Virus record (IMG/VR): IMGVR_UViG_3300028048_000089
Location: 51,329-115,328 of that record
Strand: one strand, 5' to 3'
Source of the DNA: a virus
Lineage: Duplodnaviria; Caudoviricetes
Length of the DNA: 64,000 nucleotides
Of the stretch, positions 56,165-64,000 are shown piece after piece (position 1 is the stretch's first letter; each line of letters begins with the position of its first letter). Below the pieces are notes generated by a model. That model did not search any database, had not been told where the DNA came from, and saw only the letters and a program-made list of their open reading frames with translations. Position numbers and translations under genes: made by a program.

Positions 56165-56803
56165 TTAATTTAAATTTTTTATTAATTCTTCGGTTTTCTC
56201 TAACATTTTCTTGTTATCTTGATTTGTATGCCATGTAGATAAACTATCATCTGTAGATATACTTTCTTCACTCAATGAATATTTATTAAATATATATCTC
56301 TTGTCAGGAAATCTTTTTCTCAAAGCATTTACAAATACTCTATCTTCAAACCCTTCTTCTAGTTCAGGATTCACATCTATAAAATCTTGTTTCTCAAATA
56401 CTTCTCTAGATATAGCAAACAATTTTAGTAATGTACCTTGAAATTCATAAAACAATCCAGGATTATACTCTATTTGTTCTAAATATTTTTTACCATCTTC
56501 ATCATTACCACATATTATACTATCATCATCTAGCATAATAAGATTATCATAATCACTTTCTAAAAAGATTCTTCTTAATTCTTTTCTAGCATTTACAATG
56601 CCAAGTTTATCATCATATCTATAAATAGTTGCCCAAGGAACTCTAACTAGTTCTGATTTCCAATTTTGTGCAATAATGATGACAGGTAGTTGAAACAAGT
56701 TATAACACTTACTTAATAGATTAAATAATAAACACAATCTTTTATTCTTTTTCTCAACATTATCAGGAAGATAACTAATTATACCTATTACTGTTTTCTG
56801 CAT
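56165..56803 (-). CDS. GT-A fold glycosyltransferase-like protein
   Basis: VIIIAQNW...LGIVNARKEL...YDNLIMLDDD...GFED; paralog of 43658..44455; start moved to ATG 56803. Confidence 0.7.
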   Translation of the reverse strand: MQKTVIGIISYLPDNVEKKNKRLCLLFNLLSKCYNLFQLPVIIIAQNWKSELVRVPWATIYRYDDKLGIVNARKELRRIFLESDYDNLIMLDDDSIICGNDEDGKKYLEQIEYNPGLFYEFQGTLLKLFAISREVFEKQDFIDVNPELEEGFEDRVFVNALRKRFPDKRYIFNKYSLSEESISTDDSLSTWHTNQDNKKMLEKTEELIKNLN

Positions 56804-56813
56804 AGTGAGAATA

Positions 56814-57275
56814 TTATCTTCTCCCTTGTACAGTCTCAAATGCAATAATGTCTGCTTTAATTAATCTAATAAGTTTAAGTGCAGAAGTAATATCATAATC
56901 AGTATAATATTTATTTAATACTCTAGTAACTTCTTCTGCTCTAGCATGTTTAAAGAATAATTGTTTATTATCTAATTTCTTTGCAAATAAATTAACTTGA
57001 AGAGCATATGCATGAAGAGTGGTTATAATTGTTTCAACATCATCAACATCTTTTACAATGTTTTTATATAAAGGACTCTTCTTGCTATTATAGTTCTTTC
57101 TCATTCTTTCATAGAATTGGACAATCTCTAATGGTCTATTATCATTAATAAACTTAATTGTAGAGAGTTCAATCCCAGGAGTTGTAAGAGTATTCTTAAT
57201 TTGTTGTGATGCTCCTGCAACTCCTCTCTTTTCTAATTCGGTTAACAATAAAACTAAATCGTTCTTTTGTATCAT
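56814..57275 (-). CDS. Hypothetical head-module protein
   Basis: 153-aa helical ORF with an AAGGA RBS, between portal and protease. Confidence 0.55.
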   Translation of the reverse strand: MIQKNDLVLLLTELEKRGVAGASQQIKNTLTTPGIELSTIKFINDNRPLEIVQFYERMRKNYNSKKSPLYKNIVKDVDDVETIITTLHAYALQVNLFAKKLDNKQLFFKHARAEEVTRVLNKYYTDYDITSALKLIRLIKADIIAFETVQGRR

Positions 57276-57320
57276 ATATAATAAATCCTTTCAATTGATT
57301 GTAATACTATGCATTACCAG

Positions 57321-58460
57321 TTAAATGTTTGTTTTCTTTAATTTATTGGAAATCTTTCTTTTTGTTTCTTCAGTAATATGCTTACCCCTCATACCATCAC
57401 CAAATCTCTTTCTTGTTTCCTCAGTAATTAATCTACCTAGAACATACCCTTCTGGACATTCATAGGCTCTGGTATTTTTAATTCCGTTATTGTACCAATT
57501 TAATTTTCCTAAAGGTAACTTTCCATTCTTCCACCCTTCTTTTAAATAATCATTTAACTCTTCCTTTTTGATGTGTTTATTTACTTTACCATCATTTATC
57601 ACAATAGTTCCACCAGTTGTGTTGTAATCTTCAGGTTTTCTACCTGCATGAACTTTAGTTATCCACTCATCTTTAGTTATATTAGTAAGAATCATACCTG
57701 GTTGGTATCCTTCTGGAGGGACTTTGTCTTTCGGAATAAATTTATTTTCAACTCCATTGTTGTACCACTTACAATTAGAACTTCTTTTTCTAATTTTTTC
57801 CACTCTTTCTTTAGATAGTTTTTTACCTTTAAGAGAAATTTTATTTGCCTCACCAATCTTTTTTCTAGTTTCTTCAGAAACTTCATGATGTGTTCCTCTT
57901 AATTTAGAAGCAATTTTTTCTTTAGTCTCCTCGTTCATCTGATAGATTCTACCTAGTTGCCAACCTGCTTCTAGATATATATCTAATTTATCCTTATCTA
58001 TAATAGTGGTTACTACACCATTATTTATATGTATTCTACCTGTATATAATTTGCTTCTTAATTTAAGTGCTTCCTCTACTAACTCATTATAAGTTTCTAT
58101 TCCAGGCAATGCAGTATAATCTTTCCAATAATTCGTTGAATCTTGATTAGTGAAATCTCTATGCATTTTTATAAGTGAATTTAAACATAAACTTTTAAAC
58201 CAATCCACAGATGCACATTTATTTAAATAATAGTGTGCTAATAAATGGTCACTATGTGTAAGATTGACAATATTTTCTTTGCTATTATCAATAGGTAGTG
58301 AGCAGTGTTTATAATAACTTCTGGGAATGATGTGATGAGACTGAGTTTTAAATTTCTCCTTTTTTGTTTCTCTATTGTTTTCAATTATTTCACAATACTT
58401 GTCCAAATATTCATTATCTTCAACAATACCTAGTATTAATAGTTTTTCCTTGAGGGTCAT
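57321..58460 (-). CDS. Free-standing HNH homing endonuclease with NUMOD-type DNA-binding repeats
   Basis: HHIIPRS...NSKENIVNLTHSDHLLAH; repeated EETK/RxKI and WYNNG motifs; own late promoter. Confidence 0.88.
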   Translation of the reverse strand: MTLKEKLLILGIVEDNEYLDKYCEIIENNRETKKEKFKTQSHHIIPRSYYKHCSLPIDNSKENIVNLTHSDHLLAHYYLNKCASVDWFKSLCLNSLIKMHRDFTNQDSTNYWKDYTALPGIETYNELVEEALKLRSKLYTGRIHINNGVVTTIIDKDKLDIYLEAGWQLGRIYQMNEETKEKIASKLRGTHHEVSEETRKKIGEANKISLKGKKLSKERVEKIRKRSSNCKWYNNGVENKFIPKDKVPPEGYQPGMILTNITKDEWITKVHAGRKPEDYNTTGGTIVINDGKVNKHIKKEELNDYLKEGWKNGKLPLGKLNWYNNGIKNTRAYECPEGYVLGRLITEETRKRFGDGMRGKHITEETKRKISNKLKKTNI

Positions 58461-58512
58461 AGGATGCCTCCTTTAATGTATTCATTAAATTTAGCACCCT
58501 ATTTACCGACTC

Positions 58513-60387
58513 TTAATCATTATCAACCAGTGAGATTCCCATTTCATCAGGACTTGGTAAATAACTTGCTTCACCTTCAGTTGGTGCTTCTTCTGTAGGT
58601 TCTTCTACAGGTTCTTCTTCTGGCATTTCAAGAGTTGGTTCATTACTTGGAATTTCATTTGTAATGTTTATGTCAGGAGAAGATTCTTTTGGTGTGTCTT
58701 TTTTATTATCTTTATTGTCATCACCATTCTCTTCTTTTGCTTTCTCTTTAGCATCAATGTCTTCTTGTAGCAATGAAATAACTTCAGGGTCACTAACTGT
58801 TGATGCTAATAATGATTTTAAAATCTTAAGTTTAAGAATGTTATCATCAACAACAGCATTGACTTGAGACATAACATCTTGAACAACACCCATTTGATTT
58901 CTTGTATGTTCTCTTCTATCTAATTCTTCTTGAGTAACAGGAGTTTGCATTCTTAATCTAAATCTATTAATGTATGTTGAGTAACCTCTATCAATAAGAA
59001 TTAAATTAACATAGTCAGTTAACATTTGAATAAAGATATTTTGAATTGCTTTAATTTCTTTACCATATCTACTTGAGATAATTGTTAATGAACTACCACC
59101 ATTAAATCCTGTGCTATCATCAGTTAAGTTAAAGAATTGTTTAGGAACTCTCATATCTCCATAGAATTTATTTTGGAAATAATCTAAGTCATTTAAATTC
59201 TTTGGGTCATAATCTCCACCAAGAATTTGAGAAGTAACATTTCCTTGACCATTATGTACTGGTAAATAAAGTGTATTTTCAACAGGTCCTGGATTTGTGT
59301 ACTCTTGAATAGATTTACCAACTTGCATAGCAGATTTTTGTTCAATAAGTTGTTTTAATCTATCAACATAAAGCTTTGCTTGGTCTTTTGACATATCACC
59401 AATATCAATATTAAGAATTCTAATAATAGCAGATTTTGTTAATCTACTTAACAATACGGAGTTCTCTAATAAAGATAATTGTCTCCATGTTCTAAATTGA
59501 TTGTATAACAATGATTGACCTTTTCTAACTTTAAAGGTATTAATAGTAGTTGTTTTATCTTCATCATATTCTTTATCATCAGTAAAGATTGCAACTTCTT
59601 CAGGACATCTACTAGCATTATTATTATTTAAACAAGCATGAACGAAGTCTGTAGCATTATAGATATCAATATCATTTTGTTTAACTTTATAAAACATAGA
59701 ACTATACATGTCTTGATTTGTAATATTACTTTGAATATTAGTTGGTGCTTTAATGTAAGCCATTGTTTTACCATGTTTTGTTAATTCAAACATCTCACCA
59801 GGATTAGCAACCATTTCGGTGTAAAGTCTATAGTGGTCAGAATCCTTGTGTAAGTAAACATTAATATCTTCTTCTAATTTATCTTTAACATCTTCATTTA
59901 AAGCCTTAGAAGATTTGTTAAACATTTTATCATCATCTACATAGTCACTATCTCTAAATAATTGTAAATATAAATCACCATATTTAATTAAAGAATAGAC
60001 CCATTCATAAGCATGTTTATCAACATTTAAACTATCTATAATATAATTGACAAATTTACTTACATCATCATCACTACTTTCACACCATACAATTTGACCT
60101 TTTTCATTTGTTTCAATAACATCTTCAGTGTATGTTTCAAGTATAGCAGAAACTCTATCATCTTCCGCCATAGTGTCAATAAGAGAATAAACAGATTCTC
60201 TAGTTTGAGCAACATTACTAAAATTGTCAATAGCTGCCAAATCTATTGCACTTGATTGTATGGCGTCTAAAACTTGTAATGTAAATGAATCATCTACATC
60301 AACACCTATTTCTTGAGGCTCTTTTGGAACTGCTTTAACTTTCTTTCCAACAAGATTTGTATTGTCTTTAGTTTTATTATTTGGCAT
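58513..60387 (-). CDS. Portal protein (T4 gp20-like)
   Basis: LIKYGDLY, WRQLSLLENSVLLSRL, NIDIGDM and DLDYFQNKFYGDMRVPKQF; lies between terminase and protease. Confidence 0.93.
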   Translation of the reverse strand: MPNNKTKDNTNLVGKKVKAVPKEPQEIGVDVDDSFTLQVLDAIQSSAIDLAAIDNFSNVAQTRESVYSLIDTMAEDDRVSAILETYTEDVIETNEKGQIVWCESSDDDVSKFVNYIIDSLNVDKHAYEWVYSLIKYGDLYLQLFRDSDYVDDDKMFNKSSKALNEDVKDKLEEDINVYLHKDSDHYRLYTEMVANPGEMFELTKHGKTMAYIKAPTNIQSNITNQDMYSSMFYKVKQNDIDIYNATDFVHACLNNNNASRCPEEVAIFTDDKEYDEDKTTTINTFKVRKGQSLLYNQFRTWRQLSLLENSVLLSRLTKSAIIRILNIDIGDMSKDQAKLYVDRLKQLIEQKSAMQVGKSIQEYTNPGPVENTLYLPVHNGQGNVTSQILGGDYDPKNLNDLDYFQNKFYGDMRVPKQFFNLTDDSTGFNGGSSLTIISSRYGKEIKAIQNIFIQMLTDYVNLILIDRGYSTYINRFRLRMQTPVTQEELDRREHTRNQMGVVQDVMSQVNAVVDDNILKLKILKSLLASTVSDPEVISLLQEDIDAKEKAKEENGDDNKDNKKDTPKESSPDINITNEIPSNEPTLEMPEEEPVEEPTEEAPTEGEASYLPSPDEMGISLVDND

Positions 60388-60434
60388 ATAATCTCCTTTG
60401 TGAGTAATATATCATTAAATTTAGCATCATTTGA

Positions 60435-62226
60435 CTACATTGGATATAGAATATCATCATATGAACTGCTTACATTTTCATCTAAGTCTTTTGAACTAAA
60501 CCAGTCTCCCATTTTCTTTAATTCATTTTCAAGGTCAACGGTTATTTGTTTATGTATTGAGGTTTGTTTTTCATTAGAGTACAAAGTGAGTTCAGCATCT
60601 TCTCCATAATCATGAGCATACTCTTCTGCATGGCCACTTGCATTATAGATAGCACCACAAACGGCGTCGGCTTGGTCCTTACTACCTCTTTTACCACCAT
60701 CCGGGTGGTCAATCTTTCCGTTATTATTGTTAATCTCTAATTGTACTAATTCAGTATATAATAATTCTGTTTTATATAAAGAAAGTCTACCTTCATAAAT
60801 AACATTTTTAAGATATTGGTAAGGTCTACAAATTCCACCTTGTTCACCGGGAATTGATTCAACTCTATCAACTGATAAGATTTTACAATCAAACCCCTCA
60901 CCTGTTAAAATTTGTTGTAAGTCTGCAGATTGATAAGTATCGGTTGTAATACCCTTAACATTAAACCCTACTTTTCTTAACCATCTAACAAAGTTTCTAT
61001 TCTTTTCAAATGATATTTGCCTACCTGTTGGTGCTTGTATAGAAGTACTAAATGCAAGTTTAAACATTAAGTCTTTACCAGGGTTACCATCGCTTGTAGG
61101 TTTCTTACCAACAATCCATACACCAGCAATACCGGTTTTGTCTTTACTTTTAGACATATCTAGGTGTACATATAAAGGTTTATTCATGTATTCTTTATCT
61201 AGAACATCACCATTAAACCAATCATAGTATTGAGCAGTATCATCGGGGGCATCACCACAACTAATAATATCAGGAAGTGGGTTTTGTCTTTTAGCATCTA
61301 CAATATCAGATACTCTACTTGCGGATAAGAATTTATTAGAAGAAAAACTAGAGATACCTGCATAGTCACAAAGTACTCTTTCAAGACCAGTCTTAGCATC
61401 TGCTTCAAAATCTATAGGTATTTCTATTAATGTATAACCTTTTTCTCTATAGAATTCTAAGTTATCATAATCTTTTCTAGGAATAACCAGGTTATCTAGG
61501 AACTTATTACCTAAACCTACCCAGAATTTTTCTTTACTATATGTACCTTCAGGTTTAACTTTCCAAACAGGTTCATCAATAATTTTAACATTATCCCCTT
61601 CAGTTTCGGATAACTCTTTAATATAAGATTCCATAAATGATTGTTCACTTCTCTTAGAAGAAGCAACAACTAATAATGTTGGATTCTTACCCTTATAGAT
61701 AAATCTTGTCTTCATACCACCTTTAGCGGTATCAATCATATCTTTTGCTTTTTTCTTTTGAATCTCAACATCTTGATTCTTTAAAAAACTACTTATATAT
61801 TTCTATATTTAGACTATCTCTTAATCTTATATTGTTTTGTCCTTTATAAGACCCTTTGCACTTCAACTAAATCATTTCATATTTAGTTTACTCTACTCAC
61901 TTGTTCTAATAAGTATTTCTCTTATTATATGTTTTCGTTAGTCGTTACACCTTACATTTAAGTCTTGGCACGGTATTGAAGTTAATCGTTCACCGTTAGC
62001 ACGAATAGTATTCATACACCCTATATTTATAGGTTCACAAAGTTTTTCATATACATTTCTGCATAAGGAGACCAGTTTAGTTAATCTCATCAAAGAAGCA
62101 ATTATGAGAACACACACAATTACTCTTAGTTTTTATTAAAAAATTATTGTAGGGATAAGCATCAATAACATCATAGTACTGTTTAGGTATATCTAGTGTA
62201 TGATGTGTAATACTTTTTATCTTCAT
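60435..62226 (-). CDS. terL: Terminase large subunit, C-terminal gene (IntC + Walker B + nuclease); spliced join(62084..62226, 60435..61791)
   Basis: ATG 62226 gives MKIKSI...YYDV...NNF...CSHN/CFFDE. Removing the intron gives ...DEISFLKNQDVEIQKKKAKDMIDTAKGG, in frame with ORF 60435..61739 (nuclease motifs VHLDMS, KDQADA). Spliced length is 1500 nt. Confidence 0.9.
61792..62083 (-). mobile_element. Group I self-splicing intron (292 nt, no ORF) in terL
   Basis: P TGCTAACGGTGAA, Q AATACCGTGCC, R GTAACGACTA, S AAGAGATAGTCT; P1 GAGAT/GTCTC with U-G at the 5' splice site; P10 AAACTG/TAGTTT; terminal G at 61792; excision restores the reading frame. Confidence 0.92.
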
Positions 62227-63284
62227 ACCATAAGTTTCCTCCCCTTAACAAAACCTTCTGGGCATTTTTCACAATAAATTGCTATTTTACCATTATTGTA
62301 CCAATGATAGTTCTTAGGTAAATTTGATTTCATCTTAGATTTAATTCTACCCTTAATAAAGCCTTCAGGAACCATTTCATTAGGATGTAATCTTATTTCT
62401 CTTATTCCATTATTATAAATTATTCTACCCCTATTCTTTTCTTCAACAATTTTATGAGATTTTTTTAAATGTTGAAGATGAATATCAGACTTCTTTTTAC
62501 CTTTTAATGCTTTTGATACTTTTTCACCGAAGTTAGCTGGTTTCTTTTTACCAGTTAATATGCTTGAAATTTTTCTTTTAAATTCATCATTTCTAATTTT
62601 ACCTTTATTGCCTATTGATATCTGTTTTCGCGTTTCTTCTGATACTTCTTTATGGTATCTACCATTTTTTTCACCTTTATGTAATTCAGACCACTTTTCT
62701 GTATCATTTAATGAATTACCGCCTTGACCACCTTTATGTATATTATAACCAAATGCTTTATCTTGTGCTTTGTAAAGTTTTATATACAACTTCTCAAGTT
62801 CATTGAGTTCTTCTCTTGAATAGCCAAAACAAATTATTTCTCTTGTAATTACACCTTTTCCATATTTTTTTAGGTCTTCTTTCCATAATTTACCACTACC
62901 ATAGTAATGTATATCAAACTCAGACTTCTCTCGCTTCCCTATATAAACTCTATTTGTCTTAGTATTTACAAATTTATATATGTAACCAAATGGTTTTATA
63001 TTTTCATCAAATAGTTCATCATCTTCAGTTAAATCTTTAGCCATTTTATATGTACCATTCTTAAGCATGAATCTATGTGTTGGGGTACATTTAATAATAG
63101 AGCCGTCTTCAAGTTCAATTTGATATTCTTCATTTGTTTTTAAAGTTGGCTTTACTGTACAATGCTCACTAATGACCTCTTCACCTTGTTCATCAATGGA
63201 TATAACTTGAATATCTTTATCTACTAATGTATCCAATCTCTTAAGACCTTCTGTTGTTTTAATCATTGTCTCACCATCAAGACA
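62101..63284 (-). mobile_element. Split intein in terL: IntN fused to a GIY-YIG endonuclease (63284-62223) plus a separate 42-aa IntC (62226-62101)
   Basis: Block A CLDGETMI, block B IKCTPTHRF, GIY-YIG GYIYKF...VYIGK, then a stop. An overlapping ATGA restart encodes blocks F/G (YYDV...NF...SHN-C). Confidence 0.88.
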
Positions 63285-63911
63285 AAAGAAAATTGGACGA
63301 CCAATAACATCATCACTTTGAGAACCTATAATCAATTCTAAAGGGTCAGGAGGGTTCCAATATGGATTATTATTTCGTTGAGTCATTTTGCCCTTATTCA
63401 TAAACCAAGGGCTTTTTTGAATTGTCTTTTGAAACTTATCTGTTGCAATTGCTTCTGCTAAGTCTAACTTAATATTCATAAATGCAAAAGCAATCTTTTC
63501 TGTATTCTTAATATGATAATGTTCTAGAGGGTCTTTAAGACACATAACTCTATACATTAAATATGGACAAATAACACCACAAGCAATTTCAGATTTACCA
63601 ATGCCTCTAGCACCAGATTCTAATAATGTGTCATAGTCAGTAGCAATATTTGAAGGAAAAATATCTTTTAATTCTTTAAGCCAAAATGGATAAAGTTTAA
63701 GTTTACCTGAACCATCTTTCCAAGCATTTCCTAAATATTTATCATCATTTAAAAAGGTTTCAATGTCAACAGGTATTTCTTTATAATCTGCATAAAGCAA
63801 CTCCGCATATGTTCTAGAGGAGCCATCTTTAGCAAATTCTTTTAATATCTTTAGAACAGTATCTTTTTGCTGTTCATTTAAATTCTTTAGTAACTCTTTT
63901 GAATCGTCCAT
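62223..63911 (-). CDS. terL: Terminase large subunit, N-terminal gene (ATPase N-part + IntN + GIY-YIG)
   Basis: LYPFW, Walker A ESGARGIGKS, then VIGRPIFF/CLDG intein junction after residue 209. Confidence 0.92.
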   Translation of the reverse strand: MDDSKELLKNLNEQQKDTVLKILKEFAKDGSSRTYAELLYADYKEIPVDIETFLNDDKYLGNAWKDGSGKLKLYPFWLKELKDIFPSNIATDYDTLLESGARGIGKSEIACGVICPYLMYRVMCLKDPLEHYHIKNTEKIAFAFMNIKLDLAEAIATDKFQKTIQKSPWFMNKGKMTQRNNNPYWNPPDPLELIIGSQSDDVIGRPIFFCLDGETMIKTTEGLKRLDTLVDKDIQVISIDEQGEEVISEHCTVKPTLKTNEEYQIELEDGSIIKCTPTHRFMLKNGTYKMAKDLTEDDELFDENIKPFGYIYKFVNTKTNRVYIGKREKSEFDIHYYGSGKLWKEDLKKYGKGVITREIICFGYSREELNELEKLYIKLYKAQDKAFGYNIHKGGQGGNSLNDTEKWSELHKGEKNGRYHKEVSEETRKQISIGNKGKIRNDEFKRKISSILTGKKKPANFGEKVSKALKGKKKSDIHLQHLKKSHKIVEEKNRGRIIYNNGIREIRLHPNEMVPEGFIKGRIKSKMKSNLPKNYHWYNNGKIAIYCEKCPEGFVKGRKLMV

Positions 63912-63954
63912 GAAATCTTCACCAACTTATATACTACATTTAATTTAGCAAAAG

Positions 63955-63974
63955 AAAAAGGTGAATAATCACCT
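63955..63974 (-). terminator. Intrinsic terminator upstream of the terminase late promoter
   Basis: AAGGTGA-TTAT-TCACCTT-TTTC. Confidence 0.7.
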
Positions 63975-64000
63975 TATTTCTTAATATTTTTGAAATATGC

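Larger units (their letters stand above)
4021..63950 (-). promoter_or_regulatory. Dispersed phage late-promoter motif TGCTAAATT (15 copies)
   Basis: Plus-strand aatttagca starts at 4021, 13663, 14154, 16172, 23333, 25594, 28354, 32453, 40285, 43373, 45153, 56154, 58488, 60418 and 63942. Fourteen lie shortly upstream of a minus-strand start codon; the 25594 copy lies upstream of the RNA cluster. Confidence 0.8.

Noticed and set aside
57321-58460. HNH gene as part of an intron in the portal gene
   Set aside because: The portal ORF ends normally at 58513, the HNH gene has its own promoter motif and RBS, and I found no group I core elements around it.
61740-62222. Terminase pseudogene or assembly break
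   Set aside because: The gap is fully explained by a 42-aa IntC exon plus a canonical group I intron whose removal restores frame and Walker B.
10893-62806. All plus-strand ORFs in the track, and short alternative-frame minus ORFs such as 9142..9348, 19006..19200, 19627..19848, 20017..20211, 50593..50805 and 57692..57886
   Set aside because: They are shadows of longer, motif-bearing minus-strand genes. They are Ser/Leu/Phe-rich antisense translations or lack an RBS.
1-64000. Stop-codon reassignment (alternative genetic code)
   Set aside because: Long intact ORFs under code 11; TAA, TAG and TGA all end genes at sensible boundaries, including ATGA overlaps.

Overview
This is a 64-kb segment of a large, very AT-rich, T4-like (contractile-tail) phage genome. 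The host is probably a Bacillota (Firmicutes) bacterium, inferred from AGGAGG ribosome-binding sites and TTGACA-N17-TATAAT promoters. The standard genetic code fits and essentially all genes are on the minus strand. In transcription order (right to left) the window holds: the large terminase, broken by a split intein and a group I intron; portal; a free-standing HNH endonuclease; a glycosyltransferase; a prohead protease fused to a scaffold; major capsid; an island of small early genes under host-sigma promoters (RNA ligase, HAD phosphatase, ASCH-like, Lar-like); a ~25-kb array of very acidic multidomain proteins; a ~2.1-kb non-coding RNA cluster; and the neck, sheath, tube, tape measure and baseplate genes. 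Four things stand out. (1) The acidic proteins are strings of unrelated domains (several ADP-ribosyltransferase-like, one nucleotidyltransferase) separated by a recurring ES-L-x-E motif that matches T4-type prohead protease sites. This suggests a shuffled, protease-released capsid cargo system. (2) The terminase must be rebuilt by both RNA self-splicing and protein trans-splicing at its Walker B motif. (3) Two large structured RNAs (one ROOL-like, one ~1.1 kb and unassigned) lie next to a tRNA-like element and an initiator tRNA. (4) A phage-specific late promoter candidate, TGCTAAATT, occurs 15 times. All assignments come from motif recognition and gene order by eye; no database searches were run.
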